Assembly: GCA_964016885.1 (NCBI GenBank) | Contig: OZ024748.1 | Span: forward strand, 25,916,001-25,980,000 | Origin: Eledone cirrhosa | Taxonomy: Eukaryota | Length of the DNA stretch: 64,000 nt | Direction of reading: 5' to 3' | Shown: one piece after another, positions 18,010 to 31,004 of the stretch | Position numbering within the stretch: the first letter of the stretch is position 1 | How the letters are laid out: every line of letters starts with the position of its first letter | Notes under the pieces: generated by a model | The model's input: the letters and a program-made list of their open reading frames with translations, nothing else | Told to the model about the DNA's origin: nothing | Databases searched by the model: none | Position numbers and translations under genes: made by a program

Positions 18010-20410
18010 AAATCAGAAACAATTATTATAAAAAAAAGAAAAGGAAACAAAAGAATAAAAAAAAGAATAAGAAAATAAAGAGACAAAAGAGCAAAAAATA
18101 GAATCGTAAGGGGAGGGGTTGGCAAGAGCTCTGATGTAGCAGAAGAGAGAGGAGGGTGATTGGTCCTTTTGCCTAGGGCAGAAGGGCTGTGCCCCGTGGA
18201 CAAGACCACAAAAGCATTCCAGTGGACAATGGCCACTGACACCTGCTGTAACAGCCATCCTACCTCGACAGGCTGCCGACATAACGATCTTGTGAAGGAG
18301 CTCGGCTGTATGGGGTCCAAGTACACCTGAGTTCTCGACGGCGACCAGTGCAAAGAGGAAGTGTCCGAGCAAACCCCAGTATTTGTTTATTTTATGTTCT
18401 TCTGCGAGGCAGGCCGCAATGCCAGGACTCGTGGTTGAAGCGACTAAGTTGGAGGCGGAGAACGTGTCGCAGCAGGCGGCGTCCCAGATGAGGGATCTAC
18501 CTCCTTCGAATTGGAAGAGGGTGATTCCATCAGGGCGCTTGCTATTTCCGCGGTCTAGGCCTACTGGCTCCAGTTGAGATAGAAAGCCAGCTGCGTCCAG
18601 GCTCCTTCTCAGTATGTCATTGAGAGCGGCGTATCGGGGAACTGGCCTGTGCACTGGGGCCAAGACAGAGGGTGCAGGCCAAACTTGTCAACAACTGCCC
18701 TGCAGCAGCATTTATGAGGCTCACACACGTGGAGGCCAAGGTATTGGGCTACTCTGATGCGAGTGCACTCATCAAGAAAGGCACCGGTTGATGAGGGTGA
18801 CACCGAATTGAGTCACGTGCTGCTGTTGGGCTGAGAAGCAGAGCGGAGGCAGGCGAGGCAGTGTTGGTTCAAGCCAGACTTGATCCGCCTGGCAGAAGAC
18901 CTGCAATTGATGTCGTTCCAGTTATGTTGGACCGTAGTATACAGGAGGATAGTGAGGCCTTCGCCTGTTAAATCTCAAGGCCAGATCAGGTTCGACCGCC
19001 TGCCTGAGAACCTCGCTGACGAGAGTGCGACTGGATGAGATAGAGGAGAGGTAGGCAGCTAAACCTAGATCCAAAGCCGATCGGAGGCCGAGGCCACCGA
19101 ACCTCGCTGGGAGTGTCGCCTGTGCTGTCGAAACTGACATTGCAGATGAGTTCCGCACAGCATCGGATGGTGGGGTCAAGTTCCCCGAGAAGATCTGTGC
19201 AAGGTGCGGCACGCAGCGTGAATGCAAATTAGGAGAGGGTGAAGTAGTGGAAGAATGCAAGATGAGTGTCAATGAGGCGCAGGCTCTCTGCCAATTGGAC
19301 AAATCCGTATGCTTGATCTCCAGGCATTCTCTTATGGGTTTCGGAAAAATGGGGGAGCCGAGAATGCATGCGGCGTGCTTGGGTGTCAGCTGAGTCCCGG
19401 CCAGGATGAGACGGGAGCAGAGTACGGCAGAATTCAGCCTCTATGTAGCTGATGTTAATCACCTCAGACTTAGTTGGGTTGATCTCAAGTTCAAGGAGCT
19501 TTAGACCTGGGATGATTTGTCGAAGGTCCTCAACTACCATCTCAGCCGGGCTGCCCAGGGTCGAGTCATTGAGGTACCCAACATTAAGGGGTGACCAGAC
19601 CGACTGGGCTACGTCGTGGACTGCCAGCACGAACAGGAGCGAGCCGAGTGGGTCCCCCTGCTGGACACCAGTGGTGGAAGTAACCCTGTTGTCAGCAGCC
19701 ATGAGTAAACTGGGTGTTCGTATGAGAGGTGGACGAGGGGGTAGATGGAGGGGGTTCGTCTAAGATTTGTCTCTAGGATGTGATCCCATCTAATGCTGTT
19801 GAAGGCGTTAGTCATGTCCAGCTTCACGATGAGGTGGGGTGACGAGGGAGGTGCGTGCTCTATGAAGTGTCTGGCCGCATGAGCTGCGGCCTCTCAACCC
19901 CACTTGATTCCCACTCCGAGCTGGGCAGGGATTAGCACCTCGCTCAGGTCATCTTTGACTGACTTGCAAGCTACCTTGGCTGCAAGTCGTCGGAAGACAT
20001 TACCCACTCCGTCATTCTTCTTCAGGGTGGTCAAGCTGGCTGAGAAGAAAAGATCGCGGGCATGGTTGGGGTAGTTGGCGCGGAGGAGACAGTTGGTGAG
20101 GGCTGTTAATGACTGAAACAATCGGGTCCCTGCATCCGCCGAGTGAGATGATATAAGAACTCGGAGGTGACCGGGACGCAAGCCGTCTACTCCACCACTG
20201 CTGCTACCAGGAAAAGATTTTAGAGCGGATACCACGTCCTCGCTGGACGCTGCCGGGGAGAGATTGCTGGCCGGAGCTGAAGCGTCCCTGATGTCGGATA
20301 TTTGAGGCGAAGCGATGACAAAACATCCGGTGTTACTCGGAGCACCAGCGTCGCTTGAAGCCAGCACACGAACAACCGCCGAAACGTCCAAACTCCTAAC
20401 TACCAACAAC
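18010..20410 (-). mobile_element. CRE-clade non-LTR retrotransposon (RT + zinc knuckle + restriction-like endonuclease), 5'-truncated and frameshifted, in intron 1 of the FAAP20-like gene
   Basis: Motifs across broken ORFs: GGVDGLRP, GNVFRRLAAK, QLGVG, KLDMTNAFNSI, GVQQGDPLGSLLF, YLND (decayed YLDD), CEPHKC..C...GLH, RPDGITL...WDAACCDT, K..KY, AVENSGVLG. T-rich 3' UTR. Boundaries approximate. Confidence 0.85.
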
Positions 20411-20724
20411 TCGAGTAGTCGATACAGAGTTGTCTCTCTTTATAAGAATTTTTCAATAACATTTTGTACAGAAGGAATGAATAAAAGCGTTTAATTCCTC
20501 CTATTAATTAGTCTTGGTGATTTTCCGGGATAAGTAATGGCTTCAATATATATGTAATGGCAACAGTTTCGTTTTCCACAATAAGTAAATATCAACATAG
20601 CTTAATTAAAGAATTGGTTTATGTTTTCAAATAACTCTTTCTATAATTGTTAATTATTTGATGCTGTATATCTGGGATATAGTTTATCAACAGTTTTATA
20701 TAAGAGTTAAAGAAAATTAGATAC

Positions 20725-20861
20725 CTTTCTCCATCATTATTACACGAAAGTTCGCTGAAAGTTTTCTCATTTATTAAAGGGCTGTTGTCAACTTTGCTAT
20801 CATTCGATTCCGATATCACAGATCGTTTAGACAATTTTAACTTTTGCCGCTTTGCCGCCAT
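20725..20861 (-). CDS. FAAP20: FAAP20-like gene, coding exon 1 (MAAKRQKLKLSKR...NNDGE)
   Basis: ATG at 20861; basic N-terminus; donor AG|GTATC at 20725/20724 (phase 2). Chains in frame with four downstream exons. Confidence 0.7.
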
Positions 20862-20873
20862 GACGAGAAACTA

Positions 20874-20886
20874 AAGGGAGATAACT
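20874..20886. promoter_or_regulatory. AAGGGAGATAACT motif 12 nt upstream of the FAAP20-like ATG
   Basis: Related AAGGGAGACAACC copies lie on the other strand at ~22044-22083. Regulatory role is inferred from position only. Confidence 0.35.
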
Positions 20887-21039
20887 AGTACAAAATATAA
20901 CATACATGTGTATATAGTATATATATGGGATTTAGGGAACTCTGGATAGAGATAGCACTTTTGTCTGGCAGCTGTACTCCACTTACGCGGTGAAATTGCC
21001 AGGCAAAATAGGTCTTATCTACCTCCTAAATCTCTCATG

Positions 21040-21790
21040 TGCTGGCTCTTAGCACCACACTCCGGTACACTGCTTCAGCTGGTGGACTAAACCACGCGAG
21101 GAATGGTGTTTACATTGTACCACTGGGCGAAGGAGCTGTAACCGACAACCAACAGCAAAAGCGGAAGAAGTCCATGTTTAACTGAACGGCCACGTGTAAA
21201 AGAGTAAACCTTACAAATCAGGAGTGGAGCCCCGAAGGTGGACCAGTGTCTTGCAAACACTGTTTCGGCAGCCCCTGCAGCCAAATGTTATGTGCCGCAT
21301 ACCTGTGTATCTCACCAGTACGGGTGAGAAGGTGACTCTGACGACTGGGAAATTCAGTATCTCCATATTTTATGGCCACGCTTGCGCCCTGGAGATGCCA
21401 CTCCAGCCTCGTTCACATGCGTGGAAACAACACGGAAGCTGGCAGTTTACGACTGGCGGAGACAATGAGACACCACGGGTCAGATTCGACGGCGAGAAGG
21501 ATCATTGTATCCCAATGGACGACTACTGCCCTGATGGTGTCGGTGATGGCAGATATAAATATATATTTACTCCAAATTCTTCATTTGAGCTGCTTCTGCT
21601 ATAACTGGTGCATAGCACTTTTTCTAGCGGGCGCGACGTCAAGGCCCATTTATATCTGTAGCGAAATCTCTCCACACCTTGACCCCTGGGTGACATTTAA
21701 CGGTCACTTTTTGACGTAAACAAGTCTGTGCGTGGGCGATCTCTCGAGGTCACCCTTGTGGTTCTCAAGGCAAGGGACAGAGGAAACGAC
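21040..21790 (-). mobile_element. Possible highly decayed Ty3/Gypsy integrase remnant
   Basis: GC-richer block with HPGVK and AAETVFARHWSTFGAPLLI resembling integrase motifs. No continuous ORF. Confidence 0.35.
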
Positions 21791-22039
21791 AGATATAAAT
21801 AGCGTGTCTTAGACCAAGCAAAAATGCAATACGGAGCATTTCCTGATAGAGTAACGATGTAAAACATTTGCTTTCTACAGACCCCTTTAGGTCTGCAATC
21901 TCTCTCTCTCTCCTAACCAAGACGGCGAAGTTCATGAAGTTTTCTTGGTAAATACAATTTAATTCTACTTTTACAAACAAACAAATAACGTACATAATCC
22001 CTGTGTATTTTTAGTATAATTCCAGCGAGAGTTATTTTT

Positions 22040-22200
22040 GTAGCGGTTGTCTCCCTTGTTTATGTAGCGGTTGTCTCCCTTGTTTGGTTTAACATCTAGA
22101 CGGGAAGTAGAACCCTTTCTGCAACTTCCGGTCAGAACCCTATATTTTCAATAAATTAATAATATAGCTGTATAACGGCGGCGAAGATTCGAAACCGAAT
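22040..22200. promoter_or_regulatory. Putative promoter-like segment (two GGTTGTCTCCCTTG copies; ETS-like CGGGAAGT and ACTTCCGG)
   Basis: Motif cluster with retained CpGs ~1.2 kb upstream of the ATG. No transcript evidence. Confidence 0.3.
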
Positions 22201-22236
22201 CTGAGCTTTCCTGCCTCTGGGACAAGCCGTGGTTAG

Positions 22237-22480
22237 TTGTTTACGCCCGGCAGACCAACCCCTTGGGAGATGCTAACCACAGGTCAGATTTTGTTTACAC
22301 CTGGCAGAAAAGAGGTCAGATGATATATCCATCCTTCTAAATTCAACCGTTATAAATACAAGGGTTGTTTACACCCGGCAGACCAACCCCTTGGGAGGTG
22401 CTAACCACAGGTCAGATGATATATCTATCCTTCTAACTTCAACCCTTATAAATACAAGGGTTGTTTACACCCGGCAGAAA
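22237..22480. repeat. Nested tandem duplication built on TTGTTTACACCCGGCAGA (4 copies)
   Basis: Modules ACCAACCCCTTGGGAG.TGCTAACCACAGGTCAGAT and GATATATC.ATCCTTCTAA..TATAAATACAAGGG are each present twice. Confidence 0.85.
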
Positions 22481-23417
22481 AAGTGAGACCACAGATAAGA
22501 GAGGACGTATTTCACCAACGGTGTTAATATTCCCTTCACGAAAAACAGTCTGTCCACTAATTTCTCACACGCCATTACCGCCTGGCTGATTGAATACTAC
22601 CAACTGCTAAAACAAAACAAGAACGTTATTAATACGCACACACACACACATAGTAAGTTCACACTGTTTGCATTTTACATTCACCATTTCTGTCTGTCAT
22701 ATTGTATCTTTCAGATACAATACAAATTATATTATAATCGTATTCTGTGATACTTGTATTTACGAATATTTCATGTTATAGATTTTATCATTCAATATTC
22801 AAATTGAATATTGTTATGGTAAAATAAACATTGAAACAACACAATCCTGGTATTATTCTTTGCATTGAAACCATCATACCAACAATTCCACTTATCCGTT
22901 ACAACTGTTTGGTGTCATCGTGGTTCATTTATATATATATTCATTTTCTGCGTGTCAAGGAACTATCATATCATCTTATTGAACATTTACTCATTTACCT
23001 ACACACATACAACTTCTGGTCACACTGTATCACACAACAGTGACCACGTGACACAACAAGCTACAAGTGAACACGCACGCAACAAATGAATCAACACCAC
23101 AACACAAACTAGCAACATCGACCAACAAATAATCGCTATATATCTACCGTCACTATTAAACATTAATTCACACCACGAGGTAAGGATTGACTACTTCTCG
23201 GAACATGACAGATAAAAAGATATTTTGTACTTTATTGGAACTTATAATAAGACGATTCCCTCTGACGATTAGTTCTGCGTCATCTGGAACCATACCAAAA
23301 TCAATAGTTGGTAATCGATGATCGATTTTCACTCCGGTTCTACGAGCTATAAAACGGCATACGTAAGGAAGATAATAACTTTTCCACCTGTTTCCTAAAT
23401 ACTGCTTTATATATATA

Positions 23418-25497
23418 CTAGCGGAGCTACCCGGCTTCGCTCAGTGTTAAAAAGCTTATTTAGAAAAGAATAATATTAACGTTTTAATCGTTATTTAAAA
23501 ACTTCTGTAATTTAGTTTCTATTTTTTAGATTTTAACATTTATCTTTAAATGACTGAATGACTGACGAATTTAAAGAAAATTCGTTATAAGAACATTTAA
23601 TTTGTTTTACTGAAGTGCTTTTGGATACACAATGTTTTTTTGTTTTTCCTTCTGGTGCGTACACGAATAAATCAGAAGGTTTACCGACGCGTGAGCAAGC
23701 CACATACAGCTGTCCATGTGAGAAGCATGGATTTTCTAAATTTAGTCCACACACTTATAGCGATTGTCCTTGTGCTTTGTTGATAGTCATTGCAAAGGCG
23801 AGTCGCACCGGAAACTGCAAACGTTTGAAATCGAATGGCGTATCTGTTGGAATGATTGGGATGCGTGGCAAGAGTACATCTTCTCCTTTAAATTTTCCAT
23901 TTAAAATTGTAGCCTCGATGATATTGTTCATCACACGCATATTGTTTTTTAAAGTTAATTTCTGTACGTGTCGCCATAAAACTGATGATTTGAGACATGC
24001 ATTAAGCTCATCAGCGGATGTTGATCGCGGTATAACTGGTAGAGTTTGTCGAAAATCACCAGACAATAAAATGAGTGTGCCACCGAATAGCTGTTCATTT
24101 CCTTTCAAATCTTTTAGCGTATTATTAAGCGCTTCCAATGATTTTTTGTGCGCCATAGTACATTCGTCCCATATAATGATTTTACATAATTGGAGTACTT
24201 TACCTATACCAGAATTTTTGGTAATATTGCATGTTGATGTCTCAGCGATTTGCATATTCAATGGCAATTTCAGGGCTGAATGTGCTGTTCGGCCACCATC
24301 TAAAAGAGTTGCCGCAATTCCAGATGATGCGATTGCCAGTGCAATATTATTTTCTGATCGTATAGTTGCCAAAATAAGTGAAATGAGAAAAGTTTTGCCT
24401 GTACCACCGGGCGCATCTATAAAATACAATCCGCCGCTTTGACTTATAATTGCCTGCATAATTTGGTCATATACTATGCGTTGTTCTGGTAGCAATTTGG
24501 GAAGATTCGTTTGAACAAATGTACCCAATTCGGCGACATCAAAGTTTGTTTCTCGTTGCAAATCACGATCGAAAATGTCGTTTACAGATCGATTCGGCGC
24601 AGGCATTCCCAATTGTACCAATGTTTTGTTAGCGATTGCTAAACATATGACCTCAATGGAAACCAATGCTTCATTATACACATTTTGTGTGAATTGAATA
24701 TTCATATTTTGATTTGTTGCACGCAAACGATGTAGGATGTCTTCACTCATGTAGTCTTTATATTTTTCCCAAAGATCTTTTGGATTTGATGGGAAGCACG
24801 TTGTCAATATTATTGAGAATAATGTGCGTATTTGCTTTGGTCGAGCAGTATTCGATGCATCAGCGAGTGAAGTGTCCCAATGTCCATCATTTTCAAGAAG
24901 ATTTAATTCTTGGCAAGCTTCACGATAAGTGGCACATACTTGACCGTTTACTGTTCTCAATTCTTGGAATGATGTCGGTCCACGTATGTGTCCAGGTCAG
25001 GAAAATAAGGACAGACGAAATGAAGATATCAAATTACAGCACTTAGTTAAGGGCTAGCTGAAAAAGAATTCCCTGTAATGGGAAGGGAAGTAATGTGAAA
25101 CAGACACTATACTAATTCTATTGAAATTATATTAAATTAAAGAGAGAATTTACTAATTCTATTGAAATTATATTAAATTAAAGAGAGAATACTAATTCTA
25201 TTGAAATTATCTTTAATTAAAAAAATTTCACACTCGCTCTTTCACTCACTCTTTGTCTATACGTTGATTTCTCTTTCTCCGTTTATAGCACTCTCTCTTT
25301 GTCTATACGTTGCTCTTTCACTCTCTCTTTGTCTATACGTTGATTTCTCTTTCTCCGTTTATAACTTTAGAGACAGTCTAATATAGGGAGTGGTTCAAAG
25401 CAGGCAGACTACTCGCTCTTTCACTCGTTGCTCTTTCACTCTCTCTTTGTCTATACGTTGATTTCTCTTTCTCCGTTTATAATTTTATATATATAGA
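23418..25497 (-). mobile_element. Helitron, internally deleted, retaining a Pif1-type helicase fragment
   Basis: 5' A|TC at 25497; 3' hairpin + CTAG|T at 23418-23445. Helicase motifs: DAPGGTGKT, ASSGIAATLL, IIWDECTM, GDFRQTLPV, QFPVRLAFAMTINKAQGQSL, FSHGQLYVACSRV. Confidence 0.92.
23600..24990 (-). pseudogene. Helitron RepHel helicase domain, disabled
   Basis: In-frame stop at 23755-23757 (GQSL*VCGL). In-frame deletion at KNNMRV|MNNIIEA. No Rep domain. Confidence 0.85.
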
Positions 25498-25735
25498 TAT
25501 AGATATATGTGTTTCTCTAATGATATATGGCTATATACATATATTTTTAAATTTGTATATATATATATGATCCTCCCAAAGTATATCAATATATATATAT
25601 AGTTAGAGAAGCAAAAAATTGCTTATTGTGATCCAGTTTTTGGTTAAGAAAGCCAGTTTCATGGATGGTTTCAACGTAGGGTTAGGGGTAACTCCACAAG
25701 TTTGTAAGAATTCCGTTCAATCTTGGAGTATAAAG

Positions 25736-26184
<449 letters not shown>

Positions 26185-26241
26185 AATAATAATAATGATT
26201 TCTTTATTTCTTTATTTATTTATTTTAATAATAATAATAAT

Positions 26242-27195
26242 GCTTTCTTTATTAACCACAAGAGTTGACATAAAGTATAACAGTAAGGACAGCACAGGAC
26301 GGTACAAATGGCATTTCTGCGTGTAAAGAAAAAAAAACAATAACAAAGGAAAATTCCCCAATGGGGGGGGGGGGGAGACTTCCGAGGGTCACTCGTGGTG
26401 AAAGCCCATTTAAAAAAGCCACTGTGACCCTGACCACCAGGGCAAGTGATCTCCCAGTTTTCAACCTCCAATCTACAGGCGCATACTCAGAGCAGGCCCA
26501 TTGACTCAGGCCATGCTTGCCTCTCTCACCCATCTTTCAACAAATTGCTGGGAAGAGAGCACTTCCCTCTCCACCCTGATTTTCCTTTTCAAATGAAATT
26601 TGAAAAAGTTAATCAGGACATCACCGAAGAGATAAGTGCGCGTCTTCAGCCCTTTCAAACGCGTCCACCACACGACCTCTTTCTCCATGGCCACCAGGCA
26701 GAGAAAAACTGCCTGCCCTTCCCGATAAAGGAAGGCCGCGGGGCAATCTTCACGATGGACTCTGCTGATAGCCGGATGCGTCTTACATAGCGAAAGCAGG
26801 TGTTCGACATAAAGTCAGCAATGCTCGGACACTGGACGAGTGCGTGCAGGACTGTTTCGTCGCCCTGCGCGCATCTCGGACAGGCCCGGTTGACGGCATT
26901 TCCACGCCTGTAGAGTTTATCCCGAACTGGCAAAGCTCCCCGGTAGCACTGCTGGGCAGGGATTTCTGGAAGTTGTCCATCGGCCCGGCCCTAAAGTTCT
27001 CCCGAAGAGATTGGTTAGTTGATTTTTCGTCGTCCCCAAGGACGTCGTCGTTCTTTCCCTCCACTAACCCTCTATAGAACGTCAAGGTGGAGTTTCCACT
27101 GATCACATCGCCCGATTGGTCGAGGGCTGTGAGCGCCTGGAGACATTCCAATCTCCAAGCTCTCCCTCTCGATCTTCGCCCTGTCACCGCCTCGT
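26242..27195 (-). mobile_element. Decayed 3' fragment of a related Tx1 LINE inserted in (AAT)n
   Basis: GPMDNFQKSL, LPVRDKLYR, CPRCAQGDETVLHALVQC, AMEKEVVWWTRLKGL match the 54.7-55.3 kb protein. Several frameshifts; (AAT)n on both sides. Confidence 0.88.
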
Positions 27196-29574
27196 ATAAT
27201 AATAATAATAATAATGAGTATAACCGAAGTTGCAGCTGCAAGTAGCAGTTTCCGTCTACCCAATTTCACACACAAGACTAGGTCGACACTTGCCGAAGAT
27301 GTCACGTAGTGGGATCGAATCCGAGGCCTAATGATTGCGATATGAACTTTTTAACCATTCCACCATGTTGCGTCCAGGATCAACTCTATTCTGGGATGAG
27401 TACATAAGACAAAATCTAAACTCCCCGAACTATGCCAGAAGACAATAAAAACGTGTGTGTTGAATGTGTACTTTCCTTACAAATCTTCGGTTTGCAAAAG
27501 TTTACCAAAGATAACATATTGCCGTTGCCTTGGCAACAAGTGGCATTACAATACTTTTCTGTGGTGGAAAACTGGCACAGTATATGTTTAATCTGCCCCT
27601 ACACGTAACAAGACACGAATAACCTTTGTAAAACATCAAGTAGAACTCACTGTCTGTTTGTATGTATGCGTCCGTGACTCTTGGTGGAGTCGTCGTGGGG
27701 ACGTTATAGTGACATTTTAAACTTGGCGGAGTTCCTTTTATCTCCAGATCTGAATACAGCCAATTTGTTCCAGAGAACGGGAGAGATTATGTGAGAAAGG
27801 AAGTGAGAAAGAGATATATAGAAAGAATCGACCCCAGTACTAGACTTTTAGCAGTAAAAGAATATATTGTGTTAGTTGTGAAAGCAGTAAATATAACGTT
27901 GAAGTTGAAGTAGAAATGGTTGAAGGTTGTCTCCACGAAAGGACCTGAATCTGTAATATAGTTATAGGCAGTGAGTAAGCGAAGTCAAATATTATACTCA
28001 CTGGTTGATGTGGAAATAATAGAACCTAGGGAAAAGGATTTTCCCATATCACGTCCCACGTTATGTTTTTAGTGTGTATGCAGATTTGTTGATGGCAGAA
28101 ATATCAGAAGGCTTTATCAAGGTTTTTACAGTGGTTTATTTACAACTGAACGGGATTACAATAATAGATGCCGGCATGCCGCGTAATTGAATGAACAAAA
28201 TTAAGTGTTTGATGTTAGGAAGTGGTCCCTAGCCGACAGGGCCAAAGTTTCTTATTTACCGTTACATTTTGCTAGTGTTGACACGCAAAGATAAATGGAT
28301 GTCGTCTTCTTGAAGTGAAAGCAGCAACTAGTTCTAGTCAACAAAAGAAGCGCGAAATTCTTAGTTGGGCGAAGTTGTTTATATTCATGCGCGACTTACA
28401 CGATTAGTTAACCTAACCAAATCGCGCATGGAAGATTAATGTTGCGAGATACGAAGTAATGCCGCTACAGACTCAGACAGCAGAGAACCGGAATGAATAC
28501 CCCAAAGCATTCTATCCGACATTCTAACAATTCTGCCAAACTCCTACAAAGATGCAAACTGATAATTTGAAATGAAGTCGTCATGAACCACCAATGACCT
28601 TTGGCTAGCAATTGAATACAAGCCCTTGAAGACAACACAGATAATGGAAGGAGTGTTTATAAATACTAAACAGTCTTGAAGCAGCAGGATCTTCTCAATA
28701 CAATCTAATGCTGATGCTTGAATCGTCGATCATGCTACTTCGTAACTTCGACCCTTTACAACCTTTGCAACGACACAAAACTCATCATTAAAAATTAAAA
28801 ATAAACTATATTACTGCATGTCTCGGAGGTTTCAAACATGTAAGGAGTATTGAATCAATTAATTCCCTTACACCATTAGTCCTGCCACCTTAGTAGTTAA
28901 ATGTTAAGTGTGACGCCATTGTCATACTTTTGAGAAATCTTTCTGTTCAGCAAGGTCTTGGGTTATGGTGTAAAACTAGAAGTTATTTACCTTTCTAACA
29001 ACTGCTCAGGTGTTCACACGTAGGCAAGAGAGCATTAATTCAGCGCCATAAAGCTCGACCTGGTTGTATTTAATCTTTTCTTTAAATTAAAGTGCAGTTT
29101 CCTTTCAGATTAGCTTACCCCCTATAACTGTGAACAAGGTTCAAGGACAACTTTTGATAGCGTTGGTATATACGTACTATACTCTTTATTGCTTGTTGAA
29201 AAAGCTCGAGCAAGCAATGTTAAAGTGAAAGTTGTGCAATACAAACAGTAAAAAAAGACATTAAAAGGGGGATTATTTTTACGGTAAATATTGGAAGTTA
29301 TAAACAAATAAAATGTTATCTGCAGTGAGTTTCGTTTATTTACTCAATATATGAACGTCAAGTATAACGTGCGTGTGTGTGTGTGTGTTAGTATGCACAC
29401 GTACATACACACACACACACACACATACATACATACATATATATATATATTGTTCCGCATGGATTATCCATTTATTTTGAGAATTGAAACCGCACGTTAA
29501 GGGTAAATATAGTAAGTACAGTAAACTTTTTAAAATTTATTTTAAAACTTTTTCTCTATTTGCGAAACCTTGAT

Positions 29575-29606
<32 letters not shown>

Positions 29607-29609
29607 ATA

Positions 29610-30619
29610 CTAGCAGTAAAGCCCGGCGTTGCTCGGGGTCGCTCAGTAGCTGTGTTAAAGTTACAATGTTAAGTTTCTTTTTTGGCTTAAAAACTGTAGT
29701 GTCTACTGTGCAGACTTGCATGTGGTGTTTTTGATTAATATTCCCTCAACCAACAATATGCCTTATGAAGTTAAGAAAACATAACGATAACCCAAATGTT
29801 ATAACAAAAGAGGAAATATTTGCTTGTTTTACGTAGTCTTTAAATAGACTTGTTTTCAAGTAAAAATATTGTTTTAAAAGGCTTTTAAATGGAAATGAAG
29901 CAAAACGGAAGCTTAGTGTTCGAACTGATGAATTTTGCAGGTCAAAATTTTGCTGGCTCGACAACTGTTCGTGTATTGTGTTAATGTCATTTTAAACGCT
30001 GAGAAAGCCAGCGTAATTTTTTTAATTTTTGCACGCAGAAAATGTAAACAGAACAAAGGGAAATAACTCGTCACTTACGCTCAAAAATCGATACATTAGA
30101 TTCGATTTTGTCACATAGGGTGGGTCAATTTGAAATATTTTTTTTTCCGATGTCTTCGCTAGGGCTCAATGTACAAGTATAGCAATTTCGGTGCAATTCC
30201 GTCAGAGATTCTAAGAGGAGATGTGTGCCAAAAATCGATAGACAGACAGACAACCACAGCTTTATATATATAGATGACATAATAAAAAACAAGAACTTAT
30301 TTGAAAATTTATTTGACCGATGGTTCCGCCGGACCTTCATCTATAAGTGTAGCAATTTCACCGAAATTTGAACGTACGGTTTAAGAGAAGATGTGTGCCG
30401 AAGGTTTTAGTAGACAGACAGACAACCTCAGTTTTATATATATAGATGACATAATCAAAAACAAGAACTTATTTGAAATTTATTTGACCGATGGTTCCGC
30501 CGGACCTTCATCTATAAGTGTAGCAATTTCACCGAAATTTGAACGTACGGTTTAAGAGGAGATGTGTGCCGAAGGTTTTAGTAGACAGACAGACAACCTC
30601 AGTTTTATATATATATAGA
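29610..30619 (-). mobile_element. Non-autonomous Helitron with triplicated 5' end
   Basis: 3' CTAG + CCCGGCGTTGCTCGGG hairpin at 29610-29638. Three TCTATATATATAAA..TGTCTGTC 5' ends (~30275, ~30446, 30619) from a ~171-bp tandem duplication. Inserted in (TA)n. Confidence 0.8.
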
Positions 30620-30869
30620 TTTATTTATTTATTTATTTATTTATTAAAATAACAGATTAAAGTTTAAGCAAAGAATCGCTGCTTTCACCCTTAACGGGAT
30701 CTATTTGCTCTACGATTCTTATATATTTGATATATATTCATCCATATCGAGCCCTCTTTGGATTTTAGTCTTCAAATTTATTATTATTGCTATATATATA
30801 TATATATAGGAACAAGTAAGACCCCGACGGCTGAGCTCAAGCCGTTTCGACGGCTAATTCTGTACTGAA

Positions 30870-30986
<117 letters not shown>

Positions 30987-31004
30987 CATACACACACATA
31001 TATA

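Noticed and set aside
23615-24442. 275-aa plus-strand ORF, and other antisense ORFs over the LINEs and mariners
   Set aside because: Antisense shadows of TE coding frames.
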